From Macrostomum lignano (lineage: Eukaryota): a stretch of 64,000 bases of DNA. The notes beneath the pieces are model-generated. The model made no database searches, was not told where the DNA came from, and saw only the letters and a program-made list of their open reading frames with translations. Numbering within the stretch: the stretch's first letter is position 1; the number at the start of each line of letters is the position of its first letter. The position numbers and the translations under genes were made by a program. Below, piece after piece: positions 12,189 to 44,398 of this stretch. Location of the stretch: positions 1 to 64,000 of the forward strand of contig NIVC01001611.1 in NCBI GenBank assembly GCA_002269645.1, written 5' to 3'.

Positions 12189-15100
12189 ATGGCTAGTTAC
12201 AATGCCGGTCGATCACTCGCTCACCTGCTCACAAACGGGGTGTTCGAATCCATGAACGCAGACAAGGACGGCTACGTAAGCGTCGCTCAAGCTGCTGACC
12301 AGCTGTTGACGCGTCGGTCGTCCGGTTTTCGACGTCCACGTAAGAACCAGGGCCGGGGGAGGGAAGGGTTAGTAAGCTCAGCGTTAACGCCTCAAACTTT
12401 TTTCCTGGGCTGGATTCTGTGAACAGTGATACCATGTACCACATGTACTACATGTATTACATAGATCTGGAGCTGGTAAAGAAACTAGCGCAAGGTAAGT
12501 CCTAGCTGATATTCAAGCTCACGAGGGCCATTCCCCAATATATATATTATATATTAAGACGCAGAGGGGAGGCCCCTTGCGCGCACGCGCTCGCAGAACA
12601 GGCGTGAGGGGTTAGGTCAAGCGCCTGCAAGTCAGCATGAGGCAGTCCGTTAGAGTGGCAGCGCAATTGCTCGGTCGGCCGGTGCAGCATGGCCAGGTCC
12701 AGCGGGACGGGTGCGCCGCGACCCAAGGTCCGTAGGCAGTGGCCCAGCAGCATCTGGCGGCGCCGGCGCAGGCTAGCGCTCAGGGATGGCGTCCCAGCGC
12801 GAGCCATCAGAGCGTTGGTCGGCAGGCGATCCGGGTAGTGCACGCCTAGCGCGTAGCGCATCAGCGATCGGCAGAGCGCGTCCAAGGCTCGCTCTCGCGT
12901 TTCGGACAGCGGCACAGCCTCCATGCCGTACAGCAGGATCGGCTTGACGGCCGCGCGTAACAGGCGCACCTTCAGGTCGTCTCTGGCAGCCGAATTAAAA
13001 ACGTTCCTGAGGAGGTGCGCGGCGTGCCAGGCCGCGGGTTCTTTCTGTTGGAGACGATCGCATCGGGGCTCATCACCAGGGCGCCGAGGTACCGGAAGTC
13101 TTCGCACACCGCGATGCGGTCTCCATTGGGCCAGCGTGAGAGTTGGGGCGGAATTCGTGCCCACGTGCAGCGCCTTCGTCTTGCGAGCGTTCACCAGCAG
13201 CCCAACACGGGCACCCGTGAGAGCGCGCTCTGGGCAGCAGCTGGATCGCGGCAGAGCAGCACGATGTCGTCAGCATACGCGAGAGCGGGAAGCGAAACAG
13301 TAGGATGTCTGGAGCTTCGGCGTGTGACCAGCAAGTAGCTGTCATCCTCGCAGAGGAACTGATGAAGCACGTAGTCCACAACCAAGAGGAAGAGCAGAGG
13401 AGCCAGCGTGTCGCCCTGAAGAACGCCTGAGCTGGTGCTGAACTCTTCTGTGGGCCGTCGCTCGACATGAAAAAAGCCCTGGAGTCGCGGTAGAGGTCCA
13501 CCACGGCACTCACCAGCGCAGCAGGCACGCCATAGTGAGATAAAAAACCAAGCGATCGCAGGCCTGGACACCGAGTCAAACGCCTTGCAAAAGTCGACGA
13601 AGATGATTGACACGGAGCGCTGGCGGGTCTTGCAGGTCTCGATGACAGAGCGGATGGTGGCAACCTGCTCGGTGGTGGACCTGCCCCGGCGGAAGCCGCT
13701 TTGGAGGCTCAGCAGCAGCGGGTTGAAGCCGGGCAGGAGGCGGTTGCGCAGAATCGCGTTCAGCAGCTTCGGCGTTGTGCATTCCAGAGCGATGCCCCGC
13801 TGGTTGTCCAGGCTGGTGGAGGCGCCTTTCTTCGGGATGGAGACAATCTTGGAAGTGCGCCATTGCTGAGGAGCTGAGGCGGTCTCGTTGCCTCCAAGGC
13901 TGCAGTGCTTGTTCACCAGGCTGGTGATGATCGGGGTGAGCTCGGGCAGCTTCAGGACCCTGGGAGGGATGGCGTCCACCCCAGCGGCGGCATCAGCTCG
14001 CATGGTCCTCAGTGCTCGGTCAACCTCGCTTGCAGTGATGGGGCTGGTGTTGAAGGCGCCTGGCTGGGCTGGAGCGAAGTCTGGGATTGGCAGAAGAGGC
14101 GCAGTTGGAGCGGGCGCGTTGAGCACCTGAGCACATCCCCTATGCCGAGACTATGTACATGCCTGGTGACGAAACTAGCTGTCGCTCATATACATACACC
14201 CTATCTGAGTCCTCGGGTCTGTTGATAGGCATACACCAGTGCCAATGGCGGACGCAGGGGGGGGGGTTGAGGGCAAGAGGGCCATTGGCATTGACCCCTA
14301 ACAACTGCACTTCAATTCTTAAAAAATATATATAAAAGAGGTAACCAAGCTCGACGAATGCCAGAAACTCACATTTTACACCTGGATGTGACATCCACGG
14401 CTGATAAAATACAGAAATAAGAGCGCCAACTAGAAGACTGGGGCGCCAACCAAGAGACAGGGGCGCCAAGCTAAAGAGACACTGATGCATACCGAACACC
14501 AAATATTGGCACCTCTTAGAATTGCGGCTCCCTTCGATTAAAATTTCCTGCGTACGTCACTGCTCACACGTACAGCAGGCAGAAGTTAACTGAATAATGA
14601 ACCAAGCACAATTTACAATGTACATGTAAGAATCACCTCAATAGATCTGTAGTAATTTGTTGTTTTAGCAATTCCAATCAGCCACACCCACTTAAAAAAC
14701 TTCACAGACAACTCGGACCCAAAAGAAGGAGACGCCGCCAGCCAAGCATCGATGCGCACTTTTGTCCAGCGCACGGTCGCAACGTTCGGCCTCAGCCGGC
14801 CGGGCTATTTGAATCGGCGCGAGTTTGCCCGCATGTACGAGACATTCGTTAAGCGGCCGGCTCAGTTTGCTCAGCTGATTGGAGCTGCTGCGGCCGAAAC
14901 TGAGGAAGCTGACGGGCAACAATCCGGCAAGGAGGGCGCCGGTGGCGGCGGGCTCGTACCGGGGCCTCCGATGTCGCAGGAGCAGCTACGCTCTTTGGTT
15001 GATCAAGTCAATGAAAAGCTTGCTGAAGAGCAGTGCAGCAGAGCCACTAATGCATCATGTAATCCGGGATGCGCTTCCAACTGCACTCCAACTCCAACTT

Positions 15101-15216
15101 CCAACAGTGGAGGATTTGTTTTACTGAATGGTCAAGGCGGCGGCTCCGACGGCGGTCAAAACAAGAGCGCTGGTAAACCCGGAAAAATTTTCGAAGAGGA
15201 TTTGCAGTTGGATTAA
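12189..15216 (+). CDS. Small two-exon protein with two degenerate EF-hand-like motifs, about 220 aa
   Basis: Exon 1 is 12189-12339 (ATG to CCAC|GTAAGA, phase 1) and contains FESMNADKDGYVSVAQA. Exon 2 starts at 14708 or 14669 (both AG acceptors are in frame) and ends at TAA 15216; it contains TFGLSRPGYLNRREFARM. The phases join without a stop. Confidence 0.65.
12537..14128 (-). mobile_element. 5'-truncated, frameshifted RTE-clade non-LTR retrotransposon (RT domain and C-terminus)
   Basis: RT motifs QSGFRRGRST, FVDFCKAFDSV, GVLQGDTLAPLLF, YADDIVLL, FRYLG and the RTE-type C-terminus LKVRLLRAAVKPILLYG...RRRRQMLLGHCLR are spread over shifted frames. A short TA-rich 3' tail lies at about 12537-12557. 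No endonuclease domain is present. Confidence 0.92.
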
Positions 15217-15448
15217 AAGTTCAATTGATTTGGTATTATTCCTTTTTCTAAACAAAATTGACCTCTTCCGATGTTGAAAGTCGTCAACCCGCGAACTGTG
15301 CAAAGCCGGAATTTTTGTTTAAACGAGCTAATAGTACAAAAATTAAATATACCTAAATATTACCTGTCTACTCTGTACACTAACATTTGTTTCTTCCTGC
15401 ATTCCGGATTGTTTAATTTCCACAGGCCACAACTCCACCAAAAAACAA

Positions 15449-15820
15449 GGGGTTGTTGCCCAGTGGAAAGCGTCAGACTCACGACTTGAAGGTCGGTGGT
15501 TCGACAATTCGCGTCCTTGAGCAAGACAGTAAACTCTGCATTGCTTCAGTTCACCCAGCTGTAAAGTGGGTGCCAGCAATAGCTGGGGTAATTGAGGCTG
15601 TGTGTGGCGACCCCCAGCAGTCCTTGGACTGAACAGCCGTACTTAACCCTCAGATGCGCCGCGCAATAGATGCGGCTGAGCTGTCGGTTGCACACTTGCC
15701 GATTTGGGCAGGTTAAATCTGTTATTAATTTTCTATAATTATTAATCAATTATCAATTATTCATTTTTCATTATTATTTCATTATTTCATTATTCATTAT
15801 TCAATGATCAATTATTATTG
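15449..15820 (+). mobile_element. tRNA-derived SINE with a conserved central domain (CORE/Nin-DC/Meta type)
   Basis: A-box-like TTGCCCAGTGG and B-box GGTTCGA (15498), then GTCCTTGAGCAAGACAGTAAAC...TTGCTTCAGTTCACCCAGCTGTAAAGTGGGTGCC, which resembles recalled metazoan SINE central domains. The 3' tail is low-complexity (TTAT/CAT)n. Confidence 0.8.
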
Positions 15821-16594
15821 ATCTACAAGATAATTTACAAGCCAAACGTCTCGAAGTTGAATTAGTTATAAATAGCTCTTCTGATGAAATCAAATTATAT
15901 ATATTTTAAACTGTTTAAAATAATAATCAGTTAAAAGAAAACGAAATTAATTTTTTTGTGGAAATGGAATGCTTTTTAGTTATACAGTATAAAATTTGAT
16001 ATACTACAAATAATAAAATACTCGATTTGGTACTATGTGGAAGCATTAATTTTCTATGAACACGAATAATAACAAATTGTTCATAATAAATTGTTTGCAG
16101 TTTTACATTATAGCTAACTATTTAGGACAAGTTTCAGCAGAACTTTAAGCACATCGTGGTAGCATTTTCGTAAAATTATAGAAGTTCAACAAATGCATCA
16201 ATATTTATAGGTTATATGGATAAACATGTTGAAACCTGGAAGACCCCCGTGTAATACAAGGAAGACAGACTCTCTTTGATTAGAACTTGATCCTGTTGCT
16301 TTAATATAAAATGAAACAAATTCAACCCAAAACAAAATCTGTACAAATAAATAAACAGAAAATTTTCTGAAATAAACTGAAATTAAGAAAATTGCTGGGT
16401 ATTTATAGCGTTTGTTATGCTAAGTTAGAAACGGGACATTCAGACTTGACAATACGGCACGTTTTAAACCAGAAGATTGACATCAGAGCTACAGGTCAAG
16501 CCAAGGTCAACTGAATCCCAAGGTCTGCAGCTGAAGGCTCACTTTATTCCTGCAAAGTACCTTTCAAAAACTTCAATGAGTTAAAATAATCCCG

Positions 16595-24679
<8,085 letters not shown>

Positions 24680-25901
24680 AGGGGTGGTATCCGGATAGGG
24701 AGCTTTTGTTGGGCTCGCCATAATACTAGTATTGTTTTAGAACCGTAAAAGTGTTAAAAAAAGATGGGGAAAATTCTATGCGTAATCTCACAGCCGGGCA
24801 CTTTCTTTGATTTTAATTTAAAATCATTATTGAAAACTGAAACGAGTTTAGTAGAGTACCAGGATTTCAGGGATTATAAGGAATATATAATTTTTTGCGA
24901 GAAAATATCGACTTAAGAGGTAATGTTTGAACGGCTGCTAACAGTGGCGTCCTTGTCTGAATTGTAAACGTGTTTTTATATTGCTGGTATAATTTAAATA
25001 AGAGTTTGTTTAGTCACAGATGTTCTTTTGTTACACCTTAATTATTTTCAAAAGCTAGGTCTTTAAAGTTTTGTTAAAATTAATGTTTTGCCGAGTTTGT
25101 TTCCATAAACATTGTTTTGTTGATATTGTAGTTTCGTAATTAAGATTTCGTATTAGGGAGACAGACAGATCTCATAAGTGAAAATGAATAATTGAAAAAA
25201 CTCAAAAACATGATTCTGTTAAAATATTATACCTTAACTACAAAAATTCTTCGAAATGGGTAATTAAGTTCGCCTTGGCAAAACGAGCTAATCGAAAGAA
25301 AGGAAGCTTTTTTCAGCAACTTTTGAAAACCTGAACTATCAAACGATTATAAATAAAATACTGTATTCTTTCGCTTTTAGGTCTCTATAATTTAATTTAA
25401 TAAAATGGATTTATTAGTTCAGGTTGTAGCTATTATTAGCCCACGTCGAATAGGCAGGATTAAGATGATGAATGAGTCTAGAAACTGGATTTAGCCACAT
25501 GTAATTCTATTCCTTGTTTCTCTGAATTTTCCAAGGTGAATTCGACAAGTTTGTATGCAGAAACAGCTGTCTCTACTAGATTCCTTCACTTCATCTCCTG
25601 CTTGCTCATTGCAATTACAACTACTAAAATACGCCCTGCTTGTTGTAATTAAAACGTTATACGATGTTTTCTGTATCTTGGAAACACGAAATTTTCAGGC
25701 GATAATTGGCTGAAAACTGATTAACTGCATGTAGATTGTAGCTACTGTTGTCTATATGCAGACGAATGCGCTATTATTGAGCATTGGCCCGTGTGAAACA
25801 GCATCTCTAGATCTTTTAACAATACTGTAATTGTAGAGAAAATAAGGACGTGAGATGCCGGTGCAATAATTGACAAAGGGGAAGAGTAGCAAGGGCCGGA
25901 A

Positions 25902-26348
25902 ATGTTGCGAACTGAGGAAGCTACTGTCCTGCCTGTCTCTGATGATGAAATGCGCCGCAGGCGTGAGATCTCGGGGCTGAATTATATAAAGACCGAATAT
26001 GGAGGTGCAGAGGGAGAATTTTTGCCAAAAAATTGTCGATCTTTTCCTTCGCGCCACCCAACAACCGGACCCAGTCTCAACAGGTATACAGTAATTAGGC
26101 TGGCCGGCTGGTTCCTTTCTGCGAGTCTGTTATTAAAAAATAGCATATACCTGATCATGAGCATTAACACTGAGACTGTGCTAGATTACTAGGCCACTAC
26201 ATCCGCAGCTAAATAATACTGAACGTGCTCATATCAGAGCTACTCGTACAGATAATCTATGGGAATTCTGCGCTCGTAAAAAACGATAGTGATTCTTTCA
26301 TATTTTCTCAGATGCAGCTCTAATGTTGTTACCACCGCTGCCATTTGA
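25902..26348 (+). CDS. Possible two-exon small ORF (about 72 aa), head-to-head with the NIPA gene
   Basis: ATG 25902 is open to CAG|GTATAC at 26083. An acceptor TTTTCTCAG at 26311 gives RCSSNVVTTAAI-stop. The segment is GC-richer than its flanks. No homology recognised. Confidence 0.25.
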
Positions 26349-26559
26349 CAGGACTTGGGGCTAAATATTCAGGCTGCTAAAAATCTTCCAAACTGTTCCC
26401 ATTTCCGTGTGTACAACACGCAAGCTAGGAAGTGTTTGCCTTGATTAGTAAGCCTCTTGCATTCTTTTCAAATTCTTTTCCACGCGGTTACAATCCTCCA
26501 AATTCATCCTCAAGGCTTCTCCTCACTCCAACTCTTGATCCCTTTTTAATACCTCTCTC

Positions 26560-27595
26560 TCTCTCCCAGTCCCTCTCTCCTATTATCTATTACCTCATCT
26601 CTCTCCCTCTCTCCTATATCTCCTCTATCACTCTTTCTTATATCTCCTTCCTCTCCTCTCTCGTCGCCATCCCTGTCTCTCTCCCTCTCTCCCTCTTTCT
26701 CCTTTCTTCTCTCCCTCTTAGCTGCAGGGCAGTCCGAAGACACAGCGGGGAGGCGAGAGTCGCCCATTCCACTATCTCTCTCCCTCACTCTGCTCTCTCT
26801 CCCTTCTTCCTATCTTTATGCTGGAGAACATCTGGCTAAAAAAAAATATTTGCGTTCATAGTAGCCTCTGGGCAAGAATATAAAACATTCAAAATATCGG
26901 CACTTACTTTGCTTAAACATCTGCGGTACCGCGCCAGTGCTTATGGGTTTGAGGACTTTTTCCGGACTCTCTCCCCTCTCTCCCTCTCTCCCTCTCTCCC
27001 TCTCTCCATCTCTCCCTCTCTCCCTCTCTCCCTCTCTCCCTCTCCTCCTCTTTCCCTCTCTCCCTCTCTCCCTCTCTCCCTCTCTCCATCTCTCCATCTC
27101 TCCCTCTCTCCCTCTCTCCCTCTCTCCATCTCTCCCTCTCTCCCTCTCTCCCTCTCTCCCTCTCTCCCTCTCTCCCTCTCTCCCTCTCTCACTCTCTCCC
27201 TCTCCTCCTCTTTCCCTCTCTCCCTCTCTCCCTCTCTCCCTCTCTCCATCTCTCCATCTCTCCCTCTCTCCCTCTCTCCCTCTCTCCATCTCTCCATCTC
27301 TCCCTCTCTCCCTCTCTCCCTCTCTCCATCTCTCACTCTCTCCCTCTCTCCCTCTCTCCCTCTCTCACTCTCTCCCTCTCCTCCTCTTTCCCTCTCTCCC
27401 TCTCTCCCTCTCTCCCTCTCTCCCTCTCTCACTCTCTCCCTCTCCTCCTCTTTCCCTCTCTCCCTCTCTCCCTCTCTCCCTCTCTCCCTCTCTCACTCTC
27501 TCCCTCTCTTCCTCTTTCCCTCTCTCCCTCTCTCCCTCTCTCCCTCTCTCCATCTCTCACTCTCTCCCTCTCTCCTTCTCTTTTTCTTTCCTCCC
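26560..27595. repeat. CT-rich simple/low-complexity repeat
   Basis: CTCTCTCCCTCT-type units read directly. Confidence 0.93.
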
Positions 27596-28708
27596 CTTTT
27601 CCACTCTTCTCCATGGTCTATTTCTAACTTTCTCATTTTCCATCTTCTTACCATCACTTAATGTTCTGTCTAAGTCCATCTGGACTCGAATTGTCAGGCA
27701 CAATGCTCGCAGGATCCATCCTAGCTAGCCTGACAAAAGTCAATTTTTCGAGTCGACGGATAGGTGTGAGTGGCCAAAAAAGTAGCAAGCATGAGTGAGA
27801 AATGCTCACCGGTAGATGATCTCAATTTCTCACGTGATCGACTCTTGCCTTCTTACTCGAGATCCCATAAGTCTCTTTGTTGATCGAATCCCCTAGCAAC
27901 AAGCCGCCATCTGTCCGTCTGTTCCACTTGCGTTACAAAGTTCTCAAGGTAACAGCAGGTAAATCGTACAAGTGCAAATAAACACTAGCCAGCAATATAT
28001 TTGCCAAATGTACTTTTCAAAAACTCAGTTTTTCTAGTCTAACTGAAATTTAGTACATATTAAGCTTAAAATATTAGGCTATCAGTATTCGATTTTAAAT
28101 CCTATTTGACTTCCATTCGGCGCTTTTTGAACTAAATTTGGCGTTTTTTTTATTTACTTGTAATTTGGCGCCTTTTTAAATACAAGTTGGCGCCTTTTGA
28201 GTTAAGCTTTGGCCAAATCTAATTAGTAGGCCTTTCTGAAAGAGAACTTTTTCTAAGATCTTCATTTTACGTTAAAGTCTCCCCTTGACAACTGCACAGA
28301 AGTACAAAATCCGCAGTCCAGTCTGGCTTGTGGCTAAATATACTTTGATTAAAAATTTAACCATGGCACCTCACAAGGTGAAGCGAGGGAATGGGAAAAA
28401 AGTATTTAGAAACCCAACTATAACCTTGAGTTGGCTCATTGCCAGTAAGTGTAGCCATGCCAGGCAGGCAGTTGTATGCAGGCCCCATGACATATTTAAT
28501 AGTTAATACATTGTCATTTTTGCGCTAAAAATGTTACCGTTTTTAGAGTTATAGTGGTCCCCATACAGTTTCTTCAAAGAATTGTTGTTTTGCACACGTA
28601 TTTTCATGGTGATAATTCGGGTGAATTAATCCTGTTTGTACAAGCTGGAAAAATGGTCATAAACTTTTTTTGGTTGTCAAGGTCCAATCAGTTTGATAGA
28701 ATTAGCTT

Positions 28709-29244
28709 GGGTACCTCTCATTTCGCCGATTCTCGTTTCGCCGATTCTCGTTTCGCCGAATCTCATTTCGCCGATTCTCGGTTCGCCGACATTCTCATTT
28801 CGCCGATTCTCATTTCGCCGATTCTCGGTTCGCCGAAATTAGTTTCATAACCATCTGGACATTAGACCATAGACAACTACACTAATGCAAGTGTGATTTA
28901 GATGTCTATGGCTTGAAAAATAAAGTATTAAACTACTTTTAATTTAATACTTTTAATATGCTTTTAATATACTTATAATATACTTTTAATATTTAATAAA
29001 AAAATAACACTTTATTTTTTAAGCCATAGACATCTAAATCACACTTGCATTAGTGTAGTTGTCTATGGTCTAATGTCCAGATGTTTTATGAAACTAATTT
29101 CGGCGAACCGAGAATCAGCGAAATGAGAATGTCGGCGAAATGAGAATCGGCGAAATGAGAATGTCGGCGAACCGAGAATCGGCGAAATGAGATTCGGCGA
29201 AACGAGAATCGGCGAAACGAGAATCGGCGAAATGAGAGGTACCC
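28709..29244. mobile_element. MULE/Foldback-type MITE, 536 bp
   Basis: GGGTACC...GGTACCC termini, arms of about 215 bp that are near-perfect inverted repeats with 15-16-bp subterminal tandem units (TCTCATTTCGCCGAT), an AT-rich spacer, and a perfect 9-bp TSD AATTAGCTT (28700-28708 and 29245-29253). Confidence 0.93.
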
Positions 29245-29984
29245 AATTAGCTTGCGTGTTCAACGAGCTCAGAACGCCCAACAATCCATTTTTTGGCTTC
29301 CCAACGGCTTAAATCCGGAACAATAACGCAGTAAAACAAAATTCACCGCACGCAATAAGATTTGATAATCTATCAAGATTTGAATGAAAATTCCAATAGC
29401 CAAATGAACCAGAAATTATTTGAATTTTTTTTTCATTTTTTAAACGGTCCTAAGGGATGCGCAGGAAAAATTGTCAAATTTCTATTTGTATTTGTTTTGA
29501 TTTACTTTTCTCAATTAGTCGAGGTAGTGCAGTTACGAGTATGGTATATTTTAGTACGCCAAATATACATTACTGTACTAGGAGACACAGCAAAACATGT
29601 GAAAAATAATTTAAGATATATAACAAAAATATTTGCAACTGTGTTTCTATAATTACAAATAGTTTACAATTTGAAAACAAAATAATAAAAACGCAACTTG
29701 ATCAGCAGATCGACATTTTTTTTTAAATTTGCGCGTCTTCGATTTCTCTACTACTAATGACAGGGAATGAATGGATGCACAAGTTCACATGTTCTGGCTT
29801 GTCTGAATGGTAAACAGAAACTAACTAGCTGTATTATGGACCAAAATTGCAGAACATAAATTAGGGAGATCAAAACAGGACAAGAAAAGATTGTTTGAGT
29901 TGTGGGACCGACATGGGTAGACAAATAAATTATACGAGATGAGTGTAAGATGTGAGAACGAAATCAATAATGTTGAAATTAGTT

Positions 29985-30380
29985 GGAGGTAGACTGAGAG
30001 AGAGAGAATGAGATTAAGGATGGCATTAGTGGGAGGTAGACTGAGAGAGAGAATGAGATTAATGATGAGATTAGTGAGAGGTAGACTGAGAGAGAGAGAA
30101 TGAGATTAAGGATGGCATTAGTGGGAGGTAGACTGAGAGAGAGAATGAGATTAATGATGAGATTAGTGAGAGGTAGACTGACAAAGAGATTGAGATTGGG
30201 GGTGAGATTAGTGAGAGGTAGACTGAGAGAGAGAATGAGATTAATGATGAGATTAGTGAGAGGTAGACTGACAAAGAGATTGAGATTAAGGAGGAGATTA
30301 GTGAGAGGTAGACTGATAGTGAGAATGAGATTAAGTATGAGATTAGTGAGAGGTAGACTGATAGAGATTAAGGATGAGAT
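29985..30380. repeat. GA-rich degenerate tandem repeat (GAGATTAGTGAGAGGTAGACTGA...)
   Basis: Read directly. Confidence 0.85.
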
Positions 30381-31132
30381 TTAAAAGAGAAAGAAGTCGA
30401 ACAATGGATGAATGAGCTATTCAGATAAGTTCTCAAAGAAATTTTCAGAGAAGGTGCAGAACAAAAGTGAAACAAAAAATCAAAGGAACTTATATTGAAT
30501 AAAAATTTGATGCACTCAAAATTATTTTACGACTGTAATTGAAGAAAATAGATCAACATACAGGGGAAGTACTGTCCGATCGTCTATTTATTTAACTTAA
30601 TAAGAGTTTCTATGCATTCATCGGTGCCAAAGTTTGCACTGTACAAAATGCTGAGCTTTTGGTAAGCCAATAATCGTACTTCAGTCCTGCTTCCATCAGC
30701 CACTGTGTTGGGGCCGATCCATTCAAGTGCTGCAAATAGTTTTTTTTAAAGTCGTTTTTTAAAAAGCTAAAAAATGTTTCTATCAGATACTTTTTGAGTG
30801 TGAATGCACATGTCAAGGACGTGTTAAGTAGAAGGATGCAGAACAACTGCGCTTCTTACCAAATGGCTTACATTTAAAAGCCAGCCTTCAAAAAACTTCC
30901 AAGAATCTACATCATCACACTTTCGTCGAAATATCTTTCATGTATGTTCTATAAATTTCTATGAATCTATAAATTTTCCAAGAAAGCTTTTACGAGCATT
31001 TTTCCTAGAACATTCCCTGCCTGCGCAGGATTTAAATTTCTAGTCTTAGTTTGTAATACTGGCTGCTTTTAAATCAGTTTTCTAAAAGTTATAAAATTGG
31101 TAGTAGGCTAGGAAACCCGCCAAGCAAAGTGC

Positions 31133-31508
31133 CTGTCTGTCCCTGACTTCCTGTCTGTCCCTGACTTCCTGTCTGTCCCTGACTTCCTGTCTGTCCCTGA
31201 CTTCCTGTCTGTCCCTGACTTCCTGTCTGCCCCTGATTTCCTGTTTGTCCCTGACTTCCTGTCTGTCCCTGACTTCCTGTCTGTCCCTGACTTCCTGTCT
31301 GTCCCTGACTTCCTGTCTGTCCCTGACTTCCTGTCTGCCCCTGATTTCCTGTTTGTCCCTGACTTCCTGTCTGTCCCTGACTTCCTGTCTGTCCCTGACT
31401 TCCTGTCTGTCCCTGACTTCCTGTCTGTCCCTGACTTCCTGTCTGTCCCTGACTTCCTGTCTGTCCCTGACTTCCTGTCTGTCCCTGACTTCCTGTCTGT
31501 CCCTGACT
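31133..31508. repeat. 18-bp minisatellite (CTTCCTGTCTGTCCCTGA)
   Basis: About 21 nearly identical units. Confidence 0.95.
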
Positions 31509-32283
31509 AAATCATTATGTCTATGATTGAAATGTGGGGGCGAAGCCCCCACACCTTCATGCCCATATTCATCAATGCAGCTCATGCGCTCGTATAACTC
31601 AGCCACATTGTCTATGGTACAATTACAGTATTACCCAGGCTTTAAGGGCGATAATGGGAATGCCAGAGGGCGCCGAAGGATACTATTACTGTTATTGGGC
31701 CATAGACATTTTGGCCTCGTCAATGCTGCGAGAGAAAGAATGAATTAAAGAGCGGGAAGTGGGTGTTCGTGGGTGGAAGCGCTAGCGCACGAGTGCACGA
31801 TGTCCTTCACGCACGAGTGAACGTGAAGGAATTCCATTGTCGGATGATTCATAGTGCAGGAATGCACAAAACCGTGCAGGAATGCATTTCTGCGCCTAAT
31901 GCTTTTTCAGAGAGATTTTACCATAGACATCCATTCCTGCACGCAAAAGAGTGCAAGAATGCCATTCTTGCATGGAAAATCAGCCGACAATGGAGAGACA
32001 GAGTGCAATAATGTCTCAGACCACGAGTGTCTATGGCATTATTGCAAGATCAAGTCGTGCATCAATCACATTGCCGACTGATACTGTATAGCCAACTGTG
32101 GAGAAGATTTCAAATTTACCATAGACAAAGATAGACTAGCGAGCATTTTGCATCGAAAGCTGCTTTATCTATTGTGGGGCAGTGCACGCAATGAACCCAA
32201 TGTGGGTTGTTGTTCTCATGGATGCGAATTGAACCTTCGAAGGAAGGCTGGTTGCATCTGACCGACCTAGTGCATCACCCGGC

Positions 32284-44398
<12,115 letters not shown>

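Noticed and set aside
25935-25985. Hammerhead ribozyme or C/D snoRNA (CTGATGA...GAAA; ATGATGA...CTGA)
   Set aside because: There is no room for stem II between CTGATGA and GAAA, and the box C to box D distance of about 40 nt is too short.
27690-30760. Scattered exon-like islands with splice-like sites on both strands
   Set aside because: I could not build a consistent phase-matched gene model or recognise any homology. Some could be extra 3' exons of the PDZ gene.
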